Below are positions 16,936-22,961 of a stretch of 24,000 nucleotides of DNA, one piece after another; the stretch's first letter is position 1; each line of letters begins with the position of its first letter. The DNA lies in the sequence record ON526983.1. One strand, written 5' to 3'. Both the position numbers and the translations under genes were made by a program. This DNA is from Streptomyces phage VieEnRose. The notes beneath the pieces are model-generated. The model had not been told where the DNA came from and did no database searches. It saw only the letters and a program-made list of their open reading frames with translations.

Positions 16936-17289
16936 TCAGACGGCGTCGTCGAACTCGGCTTCGGCTTCGGCGCGGCCCTCGGCCTTGCCCTCCTCGTAGC
17001 CCTGCTCGTAGCCGTCGCTGTGCCCCTCGTCGTAGCCCTCGGAGCGGCCGTCCTCGTGGCCGTCGTCGTAGCTGCCGCTCTCGCACTGGCCCTCCTCGTA
17101 GCCGGACGAGTAGCCCTCGTCCTCGCCCTCCGAGTAGCCGTCCGAGTGACCGTCGTCGTAGGACTCGGACATCAGGACCTCGATGTCCTCGCGGACCTCG
17201 TTGACCAGAGCGTCCAGGTCTTCGCCCTCCTTGCCGACCAGGTCGAGGACCTTGACCATCACGGACTCGACGGTGGTGGTGTTGAGCAC
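16936..17289 (-). CDS. Acidic Gly/Tyr-repeat phage protein (117 aa), related to the 16506-16844 product
   Basis: SYDDGHSDGYSEGEDEGYSSGYEEGQCESGSYDDGHEDGRSEGYDEGHSDGYEQGYEEGKAEG. Confidence 0.75.
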   Translation of the reverse strand: MLNTTTVESVMVKVLDLVGKEGEDLDALVNEVREDIEVLMSESYDDGHSDGYSEGEDEGYSSGYEEGQCESGSYDDGHEDGRSEGYDEGHSDGYEQGYEEGKAEGRAEAEAEFDDAV

Positions 17290-17317
17290 GGTGTGTACCT
17301 CCCGAGATCAGGTGACA

Positions 17318-17375
17318 GGCTCATCAGCACCGGGCTGTCACCCCGGTGGACGCTCCCCAAAGGGAGCGTTTCGCC
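17318..17375 (-). ncRNA. HHR4: type II hammerhead ribozyme
   Basis: Minus strand: GGC GAA ACGCTCCC-tttg-GGGAGCGT C CACCGGG-gtgacag-CCCGGTG CTGATGA GCC. Confidence 0.92.
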
Positions 17376-17390
17376 GTGTTCGCTGACGCG

Positions 17391-17419
17391 ACACTATCAC
17401 ATCATGGCGACACTGTCAC
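17391..17419 (-). promoter_or_regulatory. Leftward promoter/operator: GTGACA-17-TAGTGT with tandem motifs
   Basis: Minus strand GTGACAGTGTCGCCATGATGTGATAGTGTCGC upstream of HHR4. Confidence 0.55.
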
Positions 17420-18009
17420 GCCGACTGCGCGGGCTCCGGCTCCAGCCCGGCGATGGCGTCCTTCGCCATGCTCTGCGCCCAGTCGAAGCCGTAGATCCCC
17501 CACAGGGAGTCGTCGGTGGGCTCGAACCCCCACGACCAGTCCTTCGCCGGGTCGCCCGTCTTGACAGCGCGCTCCCACACCACGCGCTCCTCGACCACGA
17601 ACCCGTACACCTCGCCCGTGGCGTAGGCCACGTACTCGTCGCGCTCCGACTCGACGTACGCCTGGGGGTCACCGACCCCGTGCTCCTCGACGTCGGCGGC
17701 GGTCAGGTACCAGATCGTGTACGGCCCGTTCACCGGGTCGTAGTTCTCGGCGACCGCCGCACCGTGGAAGATGCGGGCGTAGCGGGTGAAGACGTCGATC
17801 GCGTCCGGCCGCCAGGAGATCCGGTCCCACGCCTCCTGGAGCGGGCCACCGTCCCCGTCGTCGACCGGCAGCCAGTGCCGGTGGTCGTCGGCGGTGATCA
17901 CGTGCACGATGTGGTCGAAGTCCTCGCGCGGGTTGACCGGGTGCTCGTCCACCATGATGCGGACCCGGAAGTCACCGGACTCGGTGTAGAAGGTCTCGAT
18001 GGTGCTCAT
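17416..18009 (-). CDS. Hypothetical phage protein (197 aa)
   Basis: MSTIETFYTESGDFRVRIMVDEHPVNPREDFDHIVHVITADDHRHWLPVDDGDGG... Confidence 0.75.
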   Translation of the reverse strand: MSTIETFYTESGDFRVRIMVDEHPVNPREDFDHIVHVITADDHRHWLPVDDGDGGPLQEAWDRISWRPDAIDVFTRYARIFHGAAVAENYDPVNGPYTIWYLTAADVEEHGVGDPQAYVESERDEYVAYATGEVYGFVVEERVVWERAVKTGDPAKDWSWGFEPTDDSLWGIYGFDWAQSMAKDAIAGLEPEPAQSA

Positions 18010-18029
18010 GTCGATGATCTCCTGTCTGC

Positions 18030-18287
18030 TCAGAGGGCGGTCGAGTAGCGGGCGATGAAGGTGTACGTCCCGGCCTCGCGGTCGAAGTGGTACGACTGCG
18101 AGATCTTCTGCGGGGAGAAACCCAGCGCCTTGGCCAGCGACTCGCGGGCGATCCGCCAGGCGGCGTGCGCACCACGGTTCTTCTGGCTGGCCGGACCCTG
18201 CACGATCAGGTCGACCGCGCTCTCACCCAGCACGCCCTTCTCGATCACGGCCATGTTGCGAACGCGGTGGATCTTGACGTCGAACAC
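18030..18287 (-). CDS. Hypothetical phage protein (85 aa)
   Basis: MFDVKIHRVRNMAVIEKGVLGESAVDLIVQGPASQKNRGAHAAWRIARESLAKALGFSPQKISQSYHFDREAGTYTFIARYSTAL. Confidence 0.7.
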   Translation of the reverse strand: MFDVKIHRVRNMAVIEKGVLGESAVDLIVQGPASQKNRGAHAAWRIARESLAKALGFSPQKISQSYHFDREAGTYTFIARYSTAL

Positions 18288-18314
18288 TGAGGACTCCTCG
18301 TCTCTCGTATGGCT

Positions 18315-18369
18315 GGCTCATCAGCACCGGATGCCAACCCGGTGGACGCCGGTCGCCCGGCGTTTCGCC
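18315..18369 (-). ncRNA. HHR5: type II hammerhead ribozyme
   Basis: Minus strand: GGC GAA ACGCCGG-gcga-CCGGCGT C CACCGG-gttggcat-CCGGTG CTGATGA GCC; directly abuts the stop codon of the upstream gene. Confidence 0.92.
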
Positions 18370-18570
18370 TCACTTGTGCTGCAACTCACCCTCCAGTCGG
18401 GCCAGCTCGACGAGCGTCAGCCCGTGGCTGGCCGCCTCCTCCTGGAGCAGCTTCCGCAGCCGGGCCAGCTTGTGCTGTGCCCACACTGGGAGACGCGCGT
18501 CCCTCTCCTCGTCGAAAAGGTCGGCCTCGCGCTCCCGGTAGTACGCCGCGCGGTTGGGCTCCCACGTCAT
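18370..18570 (-). CDS. Small hypothetical phage protein (66 aa)
   Basis: MTWEPNRAAYYREREADLFDEERDARLPVWAQHKLARLRKLLQEEAASHGLTLVELARLEGELQHK. Confidence 0.7.
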   Translation of the reverse strand: MTWEPNRAAYYREREADLFDEERDARLPVWAQHKLARLRKLLQEEAASHGLTLVELARLEGELQHK

Positions 18571-18959
18571 GCCGCTTCCTCCATCCGGTAGAACACGTCC
18601 TTGCCGATCAGCAGGGCGTCGGCCGAGCGGAGCACCGGCTCCAGCGTCTCGGCGTCGACGAATGTGCCGCCCTTCCACGGGTCGTACACCGCCTGCCGGT
18701 ACCTCCTCGCGTCGAGGATGTACGTCACGGGCTCGTGGTGGACGGCGTCGATCTCCCCCACCAGCCAGGCGTGCACGTTGCGCACGCCGTCCCGGATGCA
18801 CCGCTGGCGCCCGGACTCGTGGACCTTGAACTCCACGTCCTTCAGTGCGACGGCGGTCACGTAGTCGATGCGCTGACCCGGGACCTTCAGGCTGATCACC
18901 CGGTCCGTCTCGCCCGACCGCAGCCGGGGCAGGTGCAGGTGTGCCCACGCTCGGGACAT
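18567..18959 (-). CDS. Hypothetical phage protein (130 aa)
   Basis: MSRAWAHLHLPRLRSGETDRVISLKVPGQRIDYVTAVALKDVEFKVHESGRQRCIRDGVRNVHAWLVG...; ATGA coupling both sides. Confidence 0.7.
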   Translation of the reverse strand: MSRAWAHLHLPRLRSGETDRVISLKVPGQRIDYVTAVALKDVEFKVHESGRQRCIRDGVRNVHAWLVGEIDAVHHEPVTYILDARRYRQAVYDPWKGGTFVDAETLEPVLRSADALLIGKDVFYRMEEAA

Positions 18960-19363
18960 CAGTCCAGCACCTCCATCACGGTGTACGCGAGGCCGAGGTC
19001 GTGATCCGAGTCCTCGTGCCCCGGCGTCTCGCCGTACACGGTGCCCGGCTCCGAGCTCTCGTCCAGGGCCAGCACCCGCAGCTCGACGACGGTCTGGCTG
19101 TACTCGTACGCCATCGGGCTCTCGGGCGGGTACTCCGCCGAGTCCTCGTCGCGCTCCCGCTCGTCGGCCAGGTACTCCCACGCCTCCCAGGCGTTCTCGA
19201 ACTTCGGCGGGTCGTCGTCCATCGGGCAGTACCCGGGGATGTTGATCACCGCCAGGTACCGGAACGTCTGGCGACTCACGGTCCACCCGGACGCGTCGCT
19301 CCCGTCCACGATCAGGTCGCCGGGCTTCAGCTCCGACGTGCTGACCTGCATCTCCTCGATCAT
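18959..19363 (-). CDS. Hypothetical acidic phage protein
   Basis: MIEEMQVSTSELKPGDLIVDGSDASGWTVSRQTFRYLAVINIPGYCPMDDDPPKFENAWEAWEYL...; ATG 19363 fits the GGGAG RBS better than the GTG at 19369. Confidence 0.7.
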   Translation of the reverse strand: MIEEMQVSTSELKPGDLIVDGSDASGWTVSRQTFRYLAVINIPGYCPMDDDPPKFENAWEAWEYLADERERDEDSAEYPPESPMAYEYSQTVVELRVLALDESSEPGTVYGETPGHEDSDHDLGLAYTVMEVLD

Positions 19364-19382
19364 GTCCACTCCCTCTGTGGCT

Positions 19383-19436
19383 GGCTCATCAGGGACGGGG
19401 AACCACCCCGCCCGACGCCCCGCAGGGCGTTTCGCC
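19383..19436 (-). ncRNA. HHR6: type II hammerhead ribozyme
   Basis: Minus strand: GGC GAA ACGCCC-tgcg-GGGCGT C GGGCGGGG-tggtt-CCCCGTCC CTGATGA GCC; abuts upstream stop codon. Confidence 0.92.
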
Positions 19437-19907
19437 TCAGCTCGTCTCGAAGAACCCGGACCGGCACACCAGGTAGGAGGTGTCGCCGATGCGCTCCCAG
19501 CAGTGGCCCCGGTCGCTGCGCTGGATGCGCTTGCCGTTGACCCCTCGCCACCCGTCCCGGATCAGCTCGTTCACCAGGTCGGCGGGCGCCTTGTGCCAGG
19601 CGGGCCGGATCAGGACCGTCACCTTGCGCCCGTGCTGCCGAGCTCGCAGGCTGTTCGGCGCCGCGTGCCAGCCGCGCACCACCACCAGGTCTCGGACGTA
19701 CCGGACGCGCTGCGTAGGGGTGACGTAGAAGCTGTGCCCCCGCCCGTTCCCGAAGCTCCCCGCGTCCCAGTAGCACGGGCCGGGCGAGTCCTCGTACCGG
19801 CACGGCTTGTACGTCGGCTTCGGTGCGGCGTCCGCCGTCCCCGCTCCGCTGGACACGGCCAGCGTCAACGCGGCCACGACCACGGCCACCCACTTCAGGA
19901 TCTTCAT
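19437..19907 (-). CDS. Secreted protein with N-terminal signal peptide (156 aa)
   Basis: MKILKWVAVVVAALTLAVSSGAGTADAAPKPTYKPCRYEDSPGPCYWDAGSFGNGRGHSFYVTPTQRVRY...CWERIGDTSYLVCRSGFFETS; n-, h- and c-regions with ADA-A site. Confidence 0.8.
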   Translation of the reverse strand: MKILKWVAVVVAALTLAVSSGAGTADAAPKPTYKPCRYEDSPGPCYWDAGSFGNGRGHSFYVTPTQRVRYVRDLVVVRGWHAAPNSLRARQHGRKVTVLIRPAWHKAPADLVNELIRDGWRGVNGKRIQRSDRGHCWERIGDTSYLVCRSGFFETS

Positions 19908-19930
19908 CGGTGCTCCTGTCTCTCCGGCTT

Positions 19931-19989
19931 GGCTCATCAGCGGGACGGGCGCCACCCGTTCCCGGACCCCGGGCACCCGGGGTTTCGCC
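19931..19989 (-). ncRNA. HHR7: type II hammerhead ribozyme
   Basis: Minus strand: GGC GAA ACCCCGG-gtgc-CCGGGGT C CGGGaACGGG-tggcg-CCCGTCCCG CTGATGA GCC (single A bulge in stem I). Confidence 0.9.
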
Positions 19990-19992
19990 ACG

Positions 19993-20763
19993 TCAGGCGG
20001 GGATGTTGAGTTCGAGCTGGTCGGGGTTGTAACCGAGGACGTTCCAGCGGTAGACCTCGGTCGCCCGCTCCAGGAAGTAGGCGTCCCGCGCTCGCTTGTA
20101 CTCCTCGCTCACCACGTCCCAGTCGACGTCGTCGGACCGGCACCACATACGGCGGTGCTCGTTGTCCTCGTCCTCGTACCAGGCGGCCTTGATCGCCTCG
20201 GTTTCGTGGTCGTCGTCGACGTCCAGGTACTCGGACACGGCCGAGTCCAGCGCCTCCTCCAGCGTCTCCTCGAACTGCTTCCACTCCCGCTCGGAGTAGT
20301 CGGAGTCGTCGAGCACCGGGTAGTCCTTCAGCGCCTCGGAGATCGAGACCGCCTCACGGAACGCGGCGGTGAACTCCCGGTCCCGCTCCGGCACGCACTC
20401 CCCGTCGCAGTACGTCGCCTCGCCGATGCCGACGCCGGACTCCAGGGTGTAGTCGTCGTCGTGGTGTCCCTCGCACTCGACGTCCTCGTAGACCTGCACC
20501 CAGATCTGCTCCAGGCTGCCGACCAGCCAGTGCGAGGACGATCCCCGGAACCAGTGCGACTCGTCCTCGGCCGCACCCTCGATCAAGTCGAGGGCCGCGA
20601 AGAAGTTCGACTCCTCCAGGACGTCGTCTCCTCGGTCCGCCCACCCCAGCACCGGGACGTGGGTGGAGTAGCACCGCTCGTCCCAGAATGCGGCGTCACG
20701 GGGGCGCTCCAGCGCCTCGGCCGCGTACTCCCGCAGGACGTCGATGTCGATCTCGTAGCTCAT
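19993..20763 (-). CDS. Large acidic hypothetical phage protein (256 aa)
   Basis: MSYEIDIDVLREYAAEALERPRDAAFWDERCYSTHVPVLGWADRGDDVLEESNFF...LERATEVYRWNVLGYNPDQLELNIPA. Confidence 0.8.
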   Translation of the reverse strand: MSYEIDIDVLREYAAEALERPRDAAFWDERCYSTHVPVLGWADRGDDVLEESNFFAALDLIEGAAEDESHWFRGSSSHWLVGSLEQIWVQVYEDVECEGHHDDDYTLESGVGIGEATYCDGECVPERDREFTAAFREAVSISEALKDYPVLDDSDYSEREWKQFEETLEEALDSAVSEYLDVDDDHETEAIKAAWYEDEDNEHRRMWCRSDDVDWDVVSEEYKRARDAYFLERATEVYRWNVLGYNPDQLELNIPA

Positions 20764-20787
20764 GGTGACTCCTCGTCACTCTCGGCA

Positions 20788-20850
20788 GGCTCATCAGGAG
20801 CGGGATGCCAGCCCGCCCGACGTCCCACTTACACACTGGGACGTTTCGCC
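20788..20850 (-). ncRNA. HHR8: type II hammerhead ribozyme with motif-bearing stem III loop
   Basis: Minus strand: GGC GAA ACGTCCCA-gtgtgtaag-TGGGACGT C GGGCGGG-ctggcat-CCCGCTC CTGATGA GCC. Confidence 0.9.
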
Positions 20851-20853
20851 AGG

Positions 20854-21276
20854 TCAGCCCTCGTCGACGTCGCCCTGTTCGAGCTCGTCGAGGATCACGT
20901 TGACCAGCCGGGAGCCGATCAGGTAGAGCGCCCACCCGGAGACCGAGTCCATGTCGTCGGGGAAGTCCCCGAGCTCGGACAGGTCCTCGTTGTACGCGGC
21001 CAGGTCGACGAAGGTCGCCCACTTCTCGTGGGTGTAGACCGGGACCGCGCCGTCCGCGATCTCCCCGTCCTTGCCGTGGTACCGCATGTCCTCGACCGCT
21101 TCGGTCAGGGTCAGCGCGTCCGAACCCATCAGGTACTCGACGCTCTCGATCACCGCGTCCCGGATGCCGGTCAGGAACCGCGCACCCGCCGACTCGTTGG
21201 TGTCCGGACCAGCCGCGTCCGCGAAGCCCGACAGGGCGTAGGCGCTGGCCTGCTTGACCTCGTCGATCACGTTCAT
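20854..21276 (-). CDS. Hypothetical phage protein (140 aa)
   Basis: MNVIDEVKQASAYALSGFADAAGPDTNESAGARFLTGIRDAVIESVEYLMGSDALTLTEAVEDMRYHG... Confidence 0.75.
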   Translation of the reverse strand: MNVIDEVKQASAYALSGFADAAGPDTNESAGARFLTGIRDAVIESVEYLMGSDALTLTEAVEDMRYHGKDGEIADGAVPVYTHEKWATFVDLAAYNEDLSELGDFPDDMDSVSGWALYLIGSRLVNVILDELEQGDVDEG

Positions 21277-21304
21277 CTCTCGTCCCACTTTCACAGTCTG
21301 GCTT

Positions 21305-21364
21305 GGCTCATCAGGAGGGTGGTTGCCATCCGGTCCCCCGACCCCGGTTGCCCGGGGTTTCGCC
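21305..21364 (-). ncRNA. HHR9: type II hammerhead ribozyme (weaker stem I)
   Basis: Minus strand: GGC GAA ACCCCGG-gcaa-CCGGGGT C GGGGG-accggatggcaacca-CCCTC CTGATGA GCC; intact core, 5-bp stem I with one wobble. Confidence 0.82.
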
Positions 21365-21374
21365 TTGTGGTGTC

Positions 21375-21403
21375 ACACTATCACAGATGAGACAGTGTGT
21401 CGA
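21375..21403 (-). promoter_or_regulatory. Leftward promoter: TCGACA-17-TAGTGT
   Basis: Minus strand TCGACACACTGTCTCATCTGTGATAGTGT; predicted TSS a few nt upstream of HHR9. Confidence 0.6.
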
Positions 21404-21408
21404 GTCCG

Positions 21409-21804
21409 TCAGCCGTACCGGAGCTCGTCGAAGCACGCCACCTGGACGATCGCGTCAGCCGCGTCCGCGTCGATGTGACCGCAGTCGATGCCGTCGCCAT
21501 CCCGGTCACGCCAGGAGTCCAGGATGTACCCGTGGATCTCCCGGTTGACGTACTTCTGGTCCAGGTCCAGAAGGCGTCCGTACGCCTGCCGGATGTCCTC
21601 GACGCTCAGGTAGAACACCTCGTCGACGTCGCGACCCCCGAACGGGTAGTCGTCGACTCCCTCGACGATCGTGAACTCCTTGTCGTCCGGCAGACCGGCG
21701 AACTCCTCGTCGGTCGGCTCGGTCGCCCAGTACGTGATCCCGCCGTAGGCAGCGGTCTCGACGATGTCGCGGACGTTCTCGTCCGTCACCAGCTTCAGGT
21801 CCAT
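21409..21804 (-). CDS. Hypothetical phage protein (131 aa)
   Basis: MDLKLVTDENVRDIVETAAYGGITYWATEPTDEEFAGLPDDKEFTIVEGVDDYPFGG... Confidence 0.75.
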   Translation of the reverse strand: MDLKLVTDENVRDIVETAAYGGITYWATEPTDEEFAGLPDDKEFTIVEGVDDYPFGGRDVDEVFYLSVEDIRQAYGRLLDLDQKYVNREIHGYILDSWRDRDGDGIDCGHIDADAADAIVQVACFDELRYG

Positions 21805-21806
21805 GA

Positions 21807-21938
21807 TCAGGCGGCCTTCAGCTCGGTCACCTGGAACTTCTGGCGACGGATCGCCTTGCGCTCCAGCGTGATCGCCTTGTCCTTCCGACGCGAGCTGCGC
21901 CGGGTGGAGCGGGCGAACTCGTCACGGATCTTCTGCAC
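21807..21938 (-). CDS. Small basic phage protein (43 aa)
   Basis: VQKIRDEFARSTRRSSRRKDKAITLERKAIRRQKFQVTELKAA; GAGGAG RBS. Confidence 0.6.
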   Translation of the reverse strand: MQKIRDEFARSTRRSSRRKDKAITLERKAIRRQKFQVTELKAA

Positions 21939-21964
21939 GGTGATCTCCTCAGATCGTGTGGCTT

Positions 21965-22046
21965 GGCTCATCAGCGGGGCAGGAGCCACCTGCACCCGGA
22001 CCGCAGGGCCTCCCCTCCCCCACAGAGGGAGGCCCCGGGTTTCGCC
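21965..22046 (-). ncRNA. HHR10: type II hammerhead ribozyme with extended stem III
   Basis: Minus strand: GGC GAA ACCcggGGCCTCCC...GGGAGGCCctgcGGT C CGGGtgCAGG-tggct-CCTGcCCCG CTGATGA GCC; 82 nt. Confidence 0.85.
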
Positions 22047-22047
22047 G

Positions 22048-22215
22048 TCAGCCCACCTGCATCGAGGTGAGCTGCGACCGCCAGCCAACGGTCACCTTGA
22101 CCGTGCTGGAGTCGTCGAGGTCCTTCGCCTCCTCGATCAGCTTGCGCAGATCGCCGAGGGTCAGGCCCGTCTTGTCGTCGCTCTTGATCTTCACGCTGGT
22201 GTCGACCGTTGCCAC
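22048..22215 (-). CDS. Small hypothetical phage protein (55 aa)
   Basis: VATVDTSVKIKSDDKTGLTLGDLRKLIEEAKDLDDSSTVKVTVGWRSQLTSMQVG; GGAGGA RBS. Confidence 0.65.
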   Translation of the reverse strand: MATVDTSVKIKSDDKTGLTLGDLRKLIEEAKDLDDSSTVKVTVGWRSQLTSMQVG

Positions 22216-22300
22216 GTCGTCCTCCTGTGGACGTCCGGGTACCCGATCTCGTTCGGGCACCGCTCTGTTCGATCCGGAAGGTGGACGCCTCCCGGCGTGA

Positions 22301-22438
22301 TCACTTGCCAGCGAACCGCGCGGCCAGCGCAGTCAGGTCGTTCGCCCGGAGGCGGGACTCAACGCGCTGCGCCTCCGTCATCTGCGACTGGCGAGCGAGC
22401 TGCGTCAGGCTGACCGTCTGTCCCTTGCGAAGCTGCAT
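22301..22438 (-). CDS. Small hypothetical phage protein (45 aa)
   Basis: MQLRKGQTVSLTQLARQSQMTEAQRVESRLRANDLTALAARFAGK; GAGAGGAG RBS, immediately downstream of HHR11. Confidence 0.6.
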   Translation of the reverse strand: MQLRKGQTVSLTQLARQSQMTEAQRVESRLRANDLTALAARFAGK

Positions 22439-22464
22439 GGTCTCTCCTCAAACTCAGGTGGCTT

Positions 22465-22519
22465 GGCTCATCAGCGCAGGGAAGCCATCCCCTACGGACG
22501 GGCCGGAGCCCGTTTCGCC
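22465..22519 (-). ncRNA. HHR11: type II hammerhead ribozyme
   Basis: Minus strand: GGC GAA ACGGGC-tccg-GCCCGT C CGTAGGG-gatggctt-CCCTGCG CTGATGA GCC. Confidence 0.92.
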
Positions 22520-22521
22520 TT

Positions 22522-22535
22522 GCGACACTATCACA
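22522..22535 (-). promoter_or_regulatory. Copy of GTGATAGTGTCG motif, possible extended -10/operator
   Basis: Minus strand TGTGATAGTGTCGC ending only a few nt upstream of HHR11; -35 match is poor. Confidence 0.45.
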
Positions 22536-22908
22536 CCTGGAGCGACATGAACACCACGTCGGGCTCACCCTCGGTCCAGTTCGCTTCCCGGTGCGTCTCG
22601 CGGAACCCGAACTTCTGGTAGTACCCAGGCAGGAATCCGTCGAAGCAGTCCAGGTTGTCGGCGCCCTTCGAGATCGCGTCCTTGATCATGTCGTGACCAC
22701 GGCCACGCTCGATCGAGAACACACCGATCAGGGTGCCCTCCTTCGTGATCCCGTACCCCGAGCGGAGATCCCAGCTCAGGAAGAAGCGGGCATCGGCGGG
22801 CATGTCCTCGATCTTCGAGGTGGCACCGGCGATCCGCTCGGAGAAGTCCCGAGCCGCCGTGAGCGCCATCCCGTAGTGCGTCCGGGTGGTGCGGTACATC
22901 TCGTTCAT
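22531..22908 (-). CDS. Putative GNAT-like acetyltransferase (125 aa)
   Basis: ...GYGITKEGTLIGVFSIERGRGHDMIKDAISKGADNLDCFDGFLPGYYQKFGFRETHREANW resembles GNAT cores. Confidence 0.55.
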   Translation of the reverse strand: MNEMYRTTRTHYGMALTAARDFSERIAGATSKIEDMPADARFFLSWDLRSGYGITKEGTLIGVFSIERGRGHDMIKDAISKGADNLDCFDGFLPGYYQKFGFRETHREANWTEGEPDVVFMSLQV

Positions 22909-22932
22909 GTCGCGTCCCTTCGTCGTGTTGCG

Positions 22933-22961
22933 ACACTATCACACCTGGTATCAGGTGTCAA
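22933..22961 (-). promoter_or_regulatory. Strong leftward sigma-70 type promoter TTGACA-17-TAGTGT
   Basis: Minus strand TTGACACCTGATACCAGGTGTGATAGTGT. Confidence 0.75.

Noticed and set aside
14932-22519. The 11 intergenic GC-rich double hairpins as rho-independent terminators or ordinary REP-like repeats
   Set aside because: There is no U-tract. The hairpin stems are unrelated in sequence while CTGATGA, GAAAC and GUC/UC positions are invariant, which fits the hammerhead fold and not terminators or a mobile repeat.
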